Part shown: piece by piece, positions 13,461 to 27,070 of the stretch
Numbering within the stretch: the first letter of the stretch is position 1
How the letters are laid out: each line of letters opens with the position of its first letter
Source: Rhina ancylostomus
Lineage: Eukaryota
Reading direction: 5' to 3'
Assembly (NCBI GenBank): GCA_030265395.1
Contig: JARFYF010000052.1
Coordinates: forward strand, 81,589,940 to 81,653,939
Length of the DNA stretch: 64,000 bases
Notes under the pieces: model-generated
What the model saw: the letters and a program-made list of their open reading frames with translations, nothing else
Database searches by the model: none
What the model was told of the DNA's origin: nothing
Position numbers and translations under genes: made by a program

Positions 13461-15289
13461 ATGATTCCGAGAACTGCCAATGTCTCCCAGTCACAGGAAC
13501 TACGGAGCTGGGATCTTCCGCCCAGAACCCGTCCACCACCCTACAGATGCTGGACATAAATAAATGAAAGCAAAGCAGGGCTGCAACACTGCAGTNNNNN
13601 NNNNNNNNNNNNNNNNNNNNNNNNNNNNNNNNNNNNNNNNNNNNNNNNNNNNNNNNNNNNNNNNNNNNNNNNNNNNNNNNNNNNNNNNNNNNNNNTTATA
13701 AGAGTTTATCTGTAGTTTGATGTTGTTTTAAATGATGATAAACACCCCTTGATGTCACTTACGTGTTGTATTCTGTTCTCTTCAGAAATGACACCAGTTG
13801 AATAGGACTGATTTAAGGAGAAATGCTCCACCAAACCATACAATATGTGAATTCAACATACTTATGTATCTCCTACTTTACACCTTCAGATAAAAAACTG
13901 TGTTAGATGACAGAAATTATGTTAACTTTTTAAACTGCATTTTAGAATTGGTTTACTATTATTTAGCCATTAAGCTTAACCATTATAAACAAAGCACAGT
14001 CCCGGAGCAATGGAAGACTCAGTCAGAGGAATGGAAACTAACAAGAGCGATCATTCACATTAGGTTTGCTACTATCAGTTGTCCAGATGCGAGCACATTG
14101 ATAATAAGACTGGAAAGAATGTCTACCTCATGTGTGGATACAAGGGGATGATGGGAAGCAATGGATGGAACAAATGAGGATAGTTATTCATTTTGGGAGC
14201 TGGGTGTAAGATTGGGCAGATAATTGTGAGATCATTTAGTGACAAATCACTTGGTTCGAATGCACAAGTAAACTGTACACAATCTATGGAGGAAATGCCC
14301 CTGATAACTTTTTATTTTAATGACCTTAAGTGTGCCATATTCATGCATTTCATGGTAGTAACTACCATACAGAGTCAGCACCTGCAGTCAGAACAGCCAG
14401 GACAAGGAGAGTACGAAGGGTTAGGTGCTTGTAAAAAATCCGTTCTTTTCAGTTGACCTCAACAGGATTGAGCTCATGGACTCTGCATCCCAAGGGATAA
14501 TTGGTTAACACCCAATTGGTGAAGTACCAGGTTCAATATTTAATGAGACAATAAAATGAAACCTTATCTGCTGATTGGGATGAATATTCAAGTATGCCTG
14601 GCTTCCAAGTCAACACTCCAGCCTCAACAACAACACCAAAGAAAACCTTAGATTAACTAGTTTGAATTTGTGGTTTATGCTGTGTTGATGACACAGAATG
14701 GCAGCAGCGTTCCCCAATCATCACTGAATGCGAGACATAATTTATTGCTAAGATGCTTCAAGAGGTTGACATACTTGTATAATTGCAAATACTTTTAATC
14801 ACAACCTCAACATTGGGAATGGGTAGAAAAAGTAGAATGGGTAGTAAAAGAACAAGGCAAAACTAAGACAGAAAACAATTATTGTGGAGTACACCCTGTA
14901 TAAAAAAGACAGAAGATCAGTGAGAGGAATTCGTGGGTAAGAATTAAAAGACTGGCAGACTAAAAGAAAAACAATATGATGGAGAAAGATATTACAGTGC
15001 TCAAGGAAGCTGGGGAGTAAAATGGGAATAGATCAAGAAAGACTGAAAAATGGAGCAGGGATTGCTGGATATACAAAGATGAACTGACCCAAGTCAGTTT
15101 GTGGGAGGATACCAGGAGTGGGGTTGGTGTTCTGAAAGATGATTAAAGATTGCACAATATTGTTCCATGGTAGAAGTTTCAGAACAATTGATGTGACAAT
15201 ATGGATCCTTACCTAATTTTGTCCTGCGATTGAAGAGTTAGCCTTTGCCCCACCAGCCAATTGTGAATCACAAAGTGATGGGAGGTGTC

Positions 15290-15590
15290 AAGTGACATTT
15301 ACCCACCAATCACCTACTCACTGATGCTTGGTTTGTGTTCTACTGGAACCAGTCAGCTCCAGATCTCATTACAACATGAATAGCAGAGCTAAATTCGAGA
15401 GCTGAGGTGAGAGTAACTGAATTTGAGTGCAGCATTGAACTCATTGTGGCAGAAGAGAGTGCTGGTAAAAGAGGCCATTTGGATTAAGGGCAAAACCCTC
15501 CACTGGCTAATGTGATTCTGGTACAACAACAGGTGGCCGTGGCTGTTGGATCTCAATCAACTCTGCTCCAGGGTAATATTTAGATGCTCT
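15290..15590 (+). mobile_element. LINE RT fragment, same family as 8565-9075
   Basis: Shares ggtgagagt...ctggtaaaa...aagggcaaaaccctccactggctaa with the 8.6 kb copy. Confidence 0.65.
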
Positions 15591-15629
15591 TTAGTAGTGG
15601 TAGAAAGGCTTTAGGGAATTAGCAAGTGA

Positions 15630-16170
15630 GACACTTGGTGAAGAACGCCAGATCTCTAACCTGCTCTTCCAGCCACAGAATTTATGTGGTTGTCAACAGT
15701 GACTGCACACATCTCCCCAGGTGTCGGGCTGTTTGATAACAGTGATGTCATTGAACTACTAGAGATGTCAGAATGGCATTTATCAGCCCAAGCCTGAAGA
15801 TGTGCAGCTCTTGCAGCACATGAGCAGGGCTGCTCCACTTTCTGAAGAATTGGTAATAGAAATGATCCCTGTGCAATGATGGAAAGAAGGTTGTTGATGA
15901 AATAGGTGAAGACAACTGGCCCTGCACTAAAGAATTCCTGCACCATGAGGTGGATGATTAGCCCAAATAATTACAACCATTTTCCTTTGACCAGGTTATG
16001 ATTCCAGCCAATATCACTGACTCCCCTGATTATCACTGATTTCAGTTTTACTAGGTTCTTTGGTGTGATATTTGGTTAAACAGTTGCCTTGACAATGCCC
16101 ATTCTCATCTTGCCTTTGGAATCAAGCTCCTTTGTCTGCATTTGGACAAATACTGTAATAAGACTTGGCA
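15630..16170 (-). mobile_element. LINE RT fragment, same family, opposite orientation
   Basis: ORF 15656-15946 contains GPVVFTYFINNLLSII and LQAWADK. Confidence 0.7.
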
Positions 16171-16647
16171 CCTCTCTCTGCTACCTGATGTGAGGATTAT
16201 TTCCAACATGCTTTGTTCTTGTTTCTAATTTTGAGAAACAATTTTTTGCCTTTTGCAAAACTTGTTCTCACTTCTGCCACTTAACTTGTTCTTCCATTTG
16301 ACAAACTCTGCAGTACTTCCTTCACTACAAAGGCAAATTATTTGACAGTAAAATGCTCCTTTTTGCTGCCAGGAAACAGGAACTGCACATAGTATTAAGA
16401 ATGTTGAATGTAGCAGCCTGCCATCTTCAAACCAGCTGAACCAACTGAAGAATTGTTGCTTCTTAGTTTTAGGATTTCTGTCTCCACTCTCCACGTGCTA
16501 AACTTTTGATCTCAAGAAGGAAGGGTTCCCACCACATCACTTCCACACACCTCTCAACAGCACAGGTGAGGCAGCAGCTTACCAGTCTGCTTATCTAACC
16601 GATGACAGGGGATAAGACAGAGTAATGAAAATAAAGAGGTGTGTACC

Positions 16648-16930
16648 TGAAGTCCCACACCACCAGGTTCAAGAACAGCTACTTCTATTCTTGAACCAAC
16701 CAGCAAAACCCTAATCACGACAGTTCAGCAACACTTTGCACTGAAATGGGCTTTGTGTTTCTTTGTTCTAATTGTGTTCTTTCTTGTAAAAATTGTGTAA
16801 AATATATGTTTAATTGATGTTTTTTTGTCAATGCTGCTTATCTGATGCTATGTGCCTGTGATGCTGTAAGTTTTTCATTGCACCTGTGCATACATGTACG
16901 TGTGCATATGAAAATAAATTCGACTTTGAC
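16648..16930 (+). mobile_element. Rex1/Babar LINE 3' end
   Basis: ctgaagtcccacaccaccagg (LKSHTTRFKNSYF) is identical to the end of the 55.2-55.5 kb copy. Tail aataaattcgactttgac. Confidence 0.8.
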
Positions 16931-18389
16931 CTTATATGTTTCAAATCAAAAAGAACATCTGAGAACATTTTTTATGCCCTTACAGAAAGAAAGCAAAACA
17001 GTTTTCTTTCAGGAGTTTAGAGAAATTATTCATTATTTAAGTCCAGAGCATGTGCCATCCATCTGAGGTATAAAGTAAAGCTTTCATTACATCAAAGGGA
17101 ACTTTAGTATGTTTTAATTCCAGTAGAACTCCAGTAGAATATGCAGGAAGTAGATAAAATATTCTGTTTCCACATTCAGAGCAAACTTTTAAAAGCTAGT
17201 TATTGTGTAGTGAAGCAACCAGCCCTGTTGCAAACACACAATGTACAAACAGATCCGTGCCCATTCTAGACAAATATAAGCTGATTCTGAAACAACTGGA
17301 AATTTTTTGGTCACTTTGTTCTCAATGGTCCTCAAAAATGTTTGCAGAAAATTCATTGTTAAACGTTGACGAGAAGCAGCAGTACTCATTGTAAATGGAG
17401 TCACTATAGAGCCAAACACAGTTTTTGGTCATTGCTTTCTGCTGTTTCTATCTTCAATGAATCACAGAATGAATGGCTAAATGATTGTTGAACAATGATC
17501 TCCTTGCTGACCTCCTGTGGTCGCTCCCGAGCAAAAGCTGTGTGCAATTACATTCCACAGACCAGGAAGGTTCATTGATAATGAATCAGCTCAAGACTGG
17601 CAGTCATGCATTTGCCACTTGATTTAGAAGAGGTTTCTTGTTCCCTCTATGAATATTGACATAGTCCTAGAGATCCCCTGTCCTTATATTAAAAAGCATA
17701 GTTTACTGAAAGGCAAAAGGAGTGCATAAAGAAACTGGAATGGCATTCTAGGAGAAAAGACAATAAAACTAATGACCTTGCAACATCTGGGACGGGATAT
17801 CTAATGGTACCTGGCATTACATTAAGGAGTCAAAATCTTCAGTGAAAATATCATTGGCTATATCTTTATGAGATGAGTCATTGCACCATATCCCCTTAAC
17901 TGTACAAAACAGACCCAGTCATGGAAACCTGGAAATTCAACGTCTCTCCATGAGTGCATTGTAAATATATTCTTACTTAGAGACTAGTTTCCAATAAGGA
18001 ATTCAGCTATACAGACCAGACATGTCTTCATTTGATATCTGGTTGGTGCAGGTTCAGCTGATCTTTGTGAAGTCAGAAGTCATGAGTTAAAACTGGCTTC
18101 AGCATTCAAGTGCTCAACTAGGATTTTTTCACCACCCTCTCATCCAGAACAGCTGATTACTGTAGAATCAAACTGCACTGGGGGAGGTCAACCATTGGTG
18201 TACCATGTCATCATTAGTCCATGGAATGCTTTGTTAGTTAAAGATAATGAAAAGTACAATTCATAAATGCTCTTTTTGAATAAAACTTCGTAATAAAAAA
18301 GTGAAATGGCTATGGAGAATGGGGCTAAGAGGGAGATTTTTCAGCATGAGTAATGTAAACCCATTATAACGTTCTGTGATCCACAAGGA

Positions 18390-18620
18390 AGGTATCAAGG
18401 TTACGTTACTGGACTTGTAATCCGGACAACAGAAATTTGAAAACTCTAATTGTATCCTGGCAATCTGAGAATTTGAATCCATTCCAAAAAAATCTGGAAA
18501 TATGAAGCTCATATTTATCAAAATGTCCATGAAACTAGATGACTGCTACAAACTCAAATGCTTCACTTCTTTGCAAAAGTAAAGCTAAACCTAGAAATCC
18601 CCATGCATTGTATCTGGAAG
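18390..18620 (+). mobile_element. Old tRNA-derived SINE (family shared with 22.2 and 35.6 kb)
   Basis: gttactggacttgtaatcc...atttgaatcc...aatctggaaat is shared with the 35.6 kb copy. Confidence 0.55.
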
Positions 18621-19317
18621 GCTGGATGGGTGTAGCGGCAGCCCATTAATGCCCATTTTGGTTGTTACCCACCTCTCCCACCACGGCTGTAACATTTGGC
18701 TTTGCCTCAATCAGATGAACAAGTTCCGTCCCAGCTTGCCATTGAAGATGTATTATTGGACAGACGGTTGGAGAGTGGATTAAAAATGCTGATGGCCACA
18801 GACCCAGTCTGTGTCGGGGCATTGGAGCCTGAAACACGTGGGTGGATGGACGATTGGTCAGCAGAGGATAGGCATTGGTGCCAGACAAACACAGATGGCT
18901 GGTGAGTGGCCAGAATGAGGAAAGAAAAATGCCAGCCTCAGACAGTACTTGGAAGCCGAGGGATACACATGGCAGATCAGTGGGGGTGCGGTCTTGGACT
19001 CAAGTTGACAGATACAGGGACACAGCTTTGAAGTTGGGAGATCATTGGTGGCAGGTCAGGGAGTTGTGCTGGCGGAAGGGGTGTGCGATGTGGTTGGTAT
19101 CATATGGGAGTGGATCATGAGGATGATGTTAAGCTACTGATGTAGCCGGCAGGCGTCCCAATGAAAAGAGATCATTGTCCTGAGAGTGCCAGGCAAGTGT
19201 GTGCTCCCAGAAAAACATGGTCCAACTTCCCCTGCAATTCTCCAAAAGGAATGTTATGCAGGGAAATGACTTCATCCCTTGTGTCCCGACACAAAAATCT
19301 TTATTTCAGCAAAGCAC

Positions 19318-19480
19318 TAGGGTGACACATGATCAGTTTTGCCCAGACACAAATCTCTGGCTTGCTTCGCTCTGGAAAAAAAATCTATTTTTAACTATGT
19401 GATGCTGGACAAAATGTATAATTTGATCAAATTTCTTGGCTCTTATCCTTAACTAGTCTGGCCGAAAATATGTGACCCCT
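19318..19480. mobile_element. Possible degenerate short hAT-like MITE
   Basis: 5' tagggtgacacat...ttttgcccagac versus 3' reverse complement aggggtcacatattttcggccagac; imperfect inverted repeat, no clear TSD. Confidence 0.25.
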
Positions 19481-19682
19481 GTCTAATGTGCACTTCACTC
19501 TGAACTTTCCCCAGTGGCCAAATATCATCAGCTTTCAGCGACAAGTAGAAAACAGGAACTGCCAGTATTACCAGATCCTAATAATGCATTTTCTTTTCTG
19601 GCTGGCAGGAACATTTTTCATTATTAGCTACCCTTAGTGATTGGGACTAACAAATTTTGGATAAAATCACAGTTGAGCCCAT

Positions 19683-20060
19683 ATCATAGAAACAGATAAT
19701 TCAACCCAATTGGTCCACACCAGTGTTTATACTCTACAGAAACCTTGTTTCACCCTTCTTTAACTAATAATGCCAGAAAAAAATGCCATTTCTTTCTCTT
19801 TCATGTGATAGCTAGCTTTCCTTAAAATGGTTCTTCACTATGCATTTTGACCACCCCTTCAAGTAGCAAGTTGCCCATTCTAACCATTCTCCAATTAAGA
19901 TAATTCTTCTTAATTCCCTTTTGAATTTATTAATAACTTTTCCACTATTATGTCCCTTGAAGTTTGTCTTCCCTAAAAAAAGGGATTTTTTTCTTCAAGA
20001 CAATCCTTTTATGATTTGGAATACCTTTATCACATCCCCCTTCCTGATTAGTATATTCTC
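19683..20060 (-). mobile_element. Decayed CR1 3' region
   Basis: atcatagaaa...attcaacccaattggtccacaccagtgttt is an antisense CR1-type tail. Confidence 0.55.
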
Positions 20061-20567
20061 CAAATTCAGGTGTTGTCTGTGCAAGTCTTCCTTTGAATCT
20101 TCCTCAGTGTTTAATGTGCACACACAAGAGCTGCTGCATGCATGAGGCTAATGCTTTTAGAATCCTTGGGATTAATGTCAGTATAAAGCCAGCTCCATCT
20201 CAACATCATCCATGTAACCTGCCTTCAGCTAAAGACGACTGACAGCTAAAACCTTTTTTTAAGCCACACAACAAAAAATGCAGCAGGTCTATGTTGCAGG
20301 ACAGCTTTTGTTCTGTAAGCCACAGCTCATGTTGTGTACACAGCAGCCCAGTGGAGGTCGCATTCAATGCACTGATTCTTACTCCCTGCAGGAAAATTCG
20401 CATCAGGTGTTTAAATAACTTTGTAACATGACCCATCTGCTTCTCAGGCCGGTGCGTGCACAGTCACAGTAACAAACCACCAATGGTTTATGGTCAAATA
20501 TGTAACTAGCATCACTTGTAAACAGAACACAAACATAAATTGGTAGCTACGGTGTAAATTGGTTTGT

Positions 20568-20800
20568 GAGGAGTTGGGTGGCACAGTGAATTCACACACT
20601 GCCCTTATCCTCTGGCTTGATTCCAGAAATAGCTGGTTGGATAATTGCCCCTTTCAAGTGCTGACTGAGGTCCATCATAACATTTATTTGAAGGTTGTTA
20701 TATCTGTCTGCAGCAGGTGAAAACTCACACGGTTAAATTGATCTTCATTTCTCACAATTAGATACAAGTCTGGAGGTCACCAAGATAATCTGGGAAGAGA
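20568..20800 (+). mobile_element. Possible LF-SINE-like ancient SINE
   Basis: Head gaggagttgggtggcacagtgaatt...ctgcccttatcctctgg resembles the recalled LF-SINE head; heavily decayed. Confidence 0.3.
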
Positions 20801-20849
20801 AGCAAAATTCATGAAGAGTTTTGTGAGATAATGTCAAGAAAGAATTCTC

Positions 20850-21770
20850 TACAAGCCTGGTGGGATGGGTAGCTTGTAAGGTGGTGCGCTTCTCCCGCTG
20901 TATTCACAGAGCTTCTGCGTGCTTGGGCCAGGGATTTACATTTTATCAACGACATTTTAAATACATCCTTGAATTTTTTCTTCTGTCTGCCTGGTAATCT
21001 CTTCCCATGACAGAGCTCGAAATACATTGTCTGCTTCAGGAGTTTGGTGTCAGGGAATGCAAGTGGTGCATCCTGTTTAATGGAGTGCAAGCTGGATCCC
21101 ACTACTGGAGATGTTGGCCTGGGAGAGGACAATCACAACTGGTTTGCTTATTCTTCCAGTGAATTTGGAAGATTTTGTGGAGACAGCTTTGATGATATCT
21201 TTCCAATGTGTTGAGGTGTAGCTATTTGACGGGATCACTGCTGCCTGGTAGACCACGAGTTTTGTGCTATGTCTGACTTAATCTTCTAAGACCTTTTGCC
21301 TCAATTGATCAAAGGCTACACAAAGGGAATGGTGAATTTGAACTTCGGTGTGTGGTGGCTCTTGATATGTGTGAGAAGTGGTCTATGTTTTCTAAGGTTT
21401 TGATATGAACCCTTATTGTCAAAGGTTGTACAGTATTGTACAGCAGGGCCAGAAGGTAGAGAAACTTTGTGTTGTGGACATTTTGCATGTGGCCACCCTC
21501 ATGTTTGGTTCAGTACATAAGTTGATGATGGCCTGGAGCTGGCTCCAAGCATGTGCAAATGCAAACATGGACTACATATTGCAGGTTGACTACTGATGAT
21601 TGTGTGACCTTCATTTTGGAGTGCAGTCACTGTAGGTTGAACAGTTTTCCATTAGTTCTTAAGATTAGCTCCACTCCCATGGGTGACTGTTGAAGGTAAA
21701 GTGCAGCACAGCAGCAAGGAAGATTGTAAACAGCGACAGGGGAATGACACAGTCTTTTTTCACTAGATTG
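20850..21770 (-). mobile_element. RTE-clade LINE ORF fragment (pseudogenised)
   Basis: Minus strand encodes VKKDCVIPLSLFTIFLA (QGCV.AP.LF), GVELILRTNGKLFNL, LQYVVH (LQYADD) and DTKLLKQTMYFELCHGKRLPGRQKKKFKDVFK. Confidence 0.85.
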
Positions 21771-22179
21771 GTTCTGCTGGAAACCTATTAGCTCCTAGTA
21801 GATGGGAGAAAGAGAATTTGTCTAGTATCTGGTTAACCTTACTCCTCAACTAACTTCACCAAAGATTATCCATGTTTTTATCCCAGGAATGGAGACAGGA
21901 GTTGTAAAGGGATCCACTGGTGGCATTCAAAGGACAATTTGCCTTCTTTAATTAACTTCATTGAAGATAATATAGGGATTTAACCCAGGGATAGGGGCAG
22001 GAGGTGGAAAGTGTACATTCAAAAGACGGGTTGTCATCCCAACAGACAGGGCAAGTGAAGGCTAAGTCAATCCAAAGGACTAAGGAATAATTTACTAGCT
22101 AGATATAAAACCAACAAAATGAAAATTTGTGCTGCTTTCATGTGGCTAATGTGAGATAGGAATAATGAGGGCCGCAAAG

Positions 22180-22450
22180 CAGGGACAGTGACGATGCATT
22201 GGTTAAATATTAGACCAATGATCCAGGGCTCAGAGTTCAAATCTCACCATGATATCCATGAGATTTTAAAAGTTAGACATAAGGTAATGATGACAACAAA
22301 ACTATTGGATTGTCATTAAAAAAAATCTGGTTCACCAATGTCCTTCGGGAGAGGAACTTAGCAGTAAGGTTTGGTTTGTGTCAGTCCAGACCCTTAACTG
22401 GAAAAGCAAGCCACTCAAGACAAACACTTCCAATGATGTCCACATCTCCA
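22180..22450 (+). mobile_element. Old tRNA-derived SINE
   Basis: B-box gagttcaaatc; body atctggttcaccaatgtccttcgggagagg. Confidence 0.6.
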
Positions 22451-23984
22451 GAGCACCCCCTCTCCCCCAAAATCTCCTTGATTTGCCCTGTTACATGAGG
22501 ATGGAAAGGGCTGTCAGAAACAAATAATGAGGTATTGGGAATAACGAGTCCATGAACATGCATATATTTCTTTCAATGTAGAATGGAGTACAATTTCTGA
22601 AATGGAGCACAACATGGAGAGGTATAATGCCACGTTAGACCCCTAACTTTCTTCCCTTATTTACATCAGTGTGCAGCTCCTCAAAAGAAACAAATCAGGC
22701 TCGATTATACATTATAAATACCAAATAACAAGCAACAGTTATGACAAGACCCAAATCCCATCAGGATGAATCAAAACAGCTACAAGTGCTTGTCAGGCAA
22801 AGCAGGGATAGGGTGTGTTGTGGGCAAGCTGATCCAGAAAAGGTAGACACATTAATTATTACCCTGTCCTACAACTGCTGACAGAGAGACCAAAGCACGT
22901 GCATTAGCTCTTCAGATTTAGGAAGAAGCCAAATCTCCACAGGTAGCAAAAGGAATTCTCTTATCAGAGTGTGAAATGTTAATTCAAAAAAACAGCAGAG
23001 CTCATATTAGCTAACGGTTCATAGTTCATTCCCGACAGCTATGGGTGCCTTTCACATTGTGCAAATTGTAAAAGACAATGTGATTGGTTTGGCCTGAGAT
23101 TGCACAAAGCACTTGGGTAGAGTGGACACAAAATGAACACTCAAATGAAAATCCTGCATGCATTTTCTATCACACACACAATTACCTGACAAAAATTATT
23201 GCTTCTGCTGCAACTTAGCTGATGTTCAGCTTTATTTTGTTTTAAATGTCAAAAGGGACGTAATGAGAAAGAAATTACATTAGAAAGCATCTGAAGTTCA
23301 TCCTATAATTTATTCTCAAATCACTTGTTCGTTTTGTAACCCTGAATTTTCAATGTGTGGATGACAATATATTGCAATATCTGTAATCGAAGGGAAAGGT
23401 GAATGTGCGAGATATCTACAGGGTGCCAATACCCATTTTCCTCAATAGCTTCTGCCCTCTAGTCTTTTTGACTGAAGCATAGAAGACATCCCCATAAGCT
23501 CCACTTTCTAATTCAGGTACACAAAGAATAATCGGGAGGTACCATATTTTAGAGAGCAAAAACTGACATATCGAAAATGAACAATTTCATAATCTGCTCA
23601 AATTACAGAAAAATCTAACAGACAAACCAACGCGAGGGCCACTCAGTCTGCTTTCCTTTCAACATCACGTCAAAGTTAAGTAAGCAAAAATGATCATTTA
23701 ATTTCTGCTGGCTCCAGTATCTTCCATTAGTACAAATTAGAGCTTGCACATCTTGGTTGAAATCAGCATTTGGCTAGAGACAGGTAGAGTGCTGTAACTT
23801 TATCCCAGGTACAGATGACATCATGAGCCTCTGGGATTAAGTGCCTTCTTTATAGAAACAAACGGAAGCTGAATCAACATATGATTGAATTCCATTTGAT
23901 GGTGTAAACAACATGTTTCCAAAACAACTCAATTCAGCAACCTCCTTACGCCCACCCAGTATGATATGAACAACACAGCAATGA

Positions 23985-24210
23985 CTCAGGTTTATTTTAC
24001 GAACTGTGCTAAGTTAGCTGATCTCAGGAGTACAGCAATGTAACTGGCCTTGATGTGCTTTGGCTAAAGAAAGGCAAGTGCTCCAGGACTCCTGTCCAGA
24101 TTGGTCTCTGGGGTCCCATGGAGAAAAAGTCTTTGATCATTGATGTTGGGTGGGAATGGAATGGGACTTTTGTCTGGGATGCCTGCGAAGGTCAAACAAA
24201 ACCCTGACAA
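23985..24210 (+). mobile_element. Ancient SINE-like dispersed repeat (related copies near 18.0, 37.4, 44.9, 54.5, 60.5 and 63.2 kb)
   Basis: Core ctgtgctaagttagctgatctcag...tggcctt...ggcta recurs in degenerate form across the window. Confidence 0.5.
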
Positions 24211-25234
24211 CTGCTATCAATGTTCATATAGGTTGGAGAGGAGTAAGCTTTTGGTACCCAAAACCCAGCATTGATCAGTACTTTCATGAGACGAGAGGTT
24301 AAATAAATGAAAAAAAAGGTGAACAACAAGCATCTCGCTTTCAGTGACTTGACTGAGGGTGAAGAACAGAGAAGACGCTTCCTTAGCATTGAAATATATC
24401 ATAGCAACAAAGAATATGGCCCCCAATACTTAGAGGGAAGAGCAGAAGATGGGTGAAGCAACCAGACTGGCAGGGATGAAAGTTCCTCCCATGGTCTTTT
24501 GTTCTATTTCCCAGTCAAATTGATAGCTGGCCTGACAGCCATGTCAAGACTGCAGTGAAGGACTGCCAGGGTAGTCTGCAACAATCAGGGTGGTGGGTGG
24601 CGGACTGATGGATAGGATTTTTAAAAATTGGTGAACGAAGGGAAATCACAAGGGTCTCCAATTGGAGTTTATCAGGACGCCACAGTGTTTCAAGGTCTAT
24701 GTTACAGACCACCGAACAAAGAGGATCACCTGATCTGCAACTGTGTTATCAGATCATTAAGATAGCCAATGAAAGGGCATGAGAATGAGCCCAGTGAAAA
24801 GAGCAGCATGGGAACTGATGCATAACATAACTAGAGCAGGGGGCAGTTTTCCTACTTGGACTTTTCCCTTCTTTTGGTGAAACCAGGGAACTCACCAGCT
24901 GAAACAGATGTGCAATATTAATAGGAGGAAAAAATATTCTCACTTTAATGGTCTATTTAAGTGAATGTGAAGGGTCAGAGTTGCTTGTGTTTTTGTAAAG
25001 GACCATCCAACTGATGCACTTCATCTCTTTCGTTGCTGTTATGAACCAGGATAAAGATGCTCAGGAAACTGGGAAAGAATAGGAAAGTGACATGAGAAAC
25101 ACCAGTTTGTGGGGGAGACTGTGAGCAGGACCAATGAAGATGATAAGGTCAGAGTAGCAAACTCGAATATGACCTCTAAGTGGTAAACTCCAACAGAGGC
25201 TCCATCTCCTTAGACTTTTCCGTAAAATAGTGAG

Positions 25235-25500
25235 TGTCTATTTTTCTCAATGGCGAGATTAAGAGCTAGAGGACATAACTAGGGCAAGTAGAAGATTTTG
25301 AAGGGATTTGAGGAATTTTTTTTCCCATTCAAATAGTGGTGAGGGTCCATAAATCACTGCCTGAAGAAATGGTGGAGGCAGAAACCCTTGGTACAGATAT
25401 AAAAAATACTTGCTGTAAAAAGTGGGATGTGGGATTAATTTGAAAAGCCCTTAAAGGGCTAAATGGCCTCTTTCTGCACCTTAATTTTCCAGGATTCTAT
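25235..25500 (+). mobile_element. CR1 3' end
   Basis: ctagaggacat (RGH), tcactgcctgaagaaatggtggaggcag, and tail gggctaaatggcctc...ttctat. Confidence 0.7.
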
Positions 25501-25854
25501 AAACACCTTATTAATGGTATCTCAGATTAGTCGGATACTACATATATGTATGGAAAATATTCTAAACAATTCAAAGTAAATCAGAACTTTTCAGTGAAAT
25601 TATAAACCCTTTGATATTTTAACAGATGTTTTAATGATTTCTATATGTCTGAAATTCAAACTTTCAGGTTTGCCCCTTTACTTTGTACTTTTTTTTCCAC
25701 ACCTTGCTTTCCAGTCACTTGATAGAAACAGCCCTGAGCCGTTGGGCACCCAACCCTTTCAAGTGCTTAAAGGCAGTCTAACATAACCAGTATGAAAGAC
25801 AGTATTTTAACAGAAATTGTCTTTGATAAATGTGTTGGCAGTTTCTAAACTTAC

Positions 25855-26023
25855 CTTTCTATTGTGGATAAATGAACTGATTTGAGTCCCGAGGCAAAGT
25901 GATGTTCCAAAGAGATTCAGTCAAGATGTGTGTTCAGTAGACTTGTGTATAGCTTTACAAGGGCTTCAGTGCTGGAGGCTGAGTGACACAAGCAGTTCTT
26001 CAGGTGGGTACCTCAAAGAATAT
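25855..26023 (-). other. Candidate non-coding exon (169 nt)
   Basis: Perfect donor AAG|gtaagt and acceptor tctgttattacag; stops in all three frames. Confidence 0.3.
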
Positions 26024-26794
26024 CTGTAATAACAGATAACTCTCACGAACCTGCCAGTTGAGGCTCAGTGGGTAACACTAGGAACAACTATGGGCAGACA
26101 TCTGTCATTCATAACAGTTTCAGAAAGGAAGACAGTACTTCTAACGTTCACCTAAAACAGCTGCGGTGGAAAAGAAAGAACTTGTAATTAAAACGAAAGC
26201 TGCAGAGAACAGTAGACCTGCAATATGAGTCTTTTCTTCAGCCGATCAACTGACAGGTCCCTCCTCCTGCGTCAGGTAATCATAAAGGCAGGCATGTCTG
26301 ATTGGCTGTGAACTCCCTGGCTATATTTGCATTACAATTAACTTGAAGCTCTCTAAAACTTGAAAAACATGTTCAAGTATCCAGTTGTGAGAGATTTATT
26401 CCTAAAATAGAGCACCATGGATACTCTGTTTACTTAATAACGCTTTCTATCAGAACTTTTCTTAAGGTCCATGAGGACGTTAGATTTTAAGACCTGGTGA
26501 AGATACTTATCAGTGAACGGGCAAGAACCATTCACAAAAGGTAGTAGTTTCAGCACATGGTAAACAAGAAAAATAATTGGGATGATTTTCAGCTTTCCTA
26601 CTCTCCATAAATGAATGTAACACTGAGGAATTCTGCTCCTTAATAGGACCAAGTCAAAATTTCCTCCAAGACAGTGTTAGCACTTGAACGGGTTGCAGCA
26701 ATGTAAATTTAATGCTGACCAGAGGGCTTTGCAACAGATTTCCTCCACAAGTACCAGCTGCACATCAGGGTAAACCAACCTGGTGTTACAAGAG

Positions 26795-27070
26795 CATGAA
26801 TTATGATCTAGGAACCAGGTAAGTAAAGACCATTCAGCCCTTCAAATATGTCCTTCCATTCAGTTAGGTCACATCCAATCTGTTCCTTGACTACTCAATT
26901 TGGTCCATAGCCCCTATTACTCTTGCCTAACATTAATTCATGAATCTTAACGCTGAAGTTTTTAATTAAAATCTTTTAGGAAGCAAGTTCCAGATTTCTG
27001 GAATTCCTATGTGAAGTTGCACATCCTGAGCACCCTAAGACAGCTGGCTCTGATTTTAAATTTGGTTTGC
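26795..27070 (-). mobile_element. CR1 3' end
   Basis: accattcagcccttcaaat...ccattcagttagg and gttccagatt (antisense of NLW) match the 58.7 kb copy. Confidence 0.6.

Larger units (their letters stand above)
11610..13712. mobile_element. Putative non-autonomous Tc1/mariner-pogo-type element with nested insertions
   Basis: Left end TA|CAGTAAAACCCTGATAG versus right-end reverse complement TA|CAGATAAACTCTTATAA (14/19 identical). The right end abuts a gap. Confidence 0.35.
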
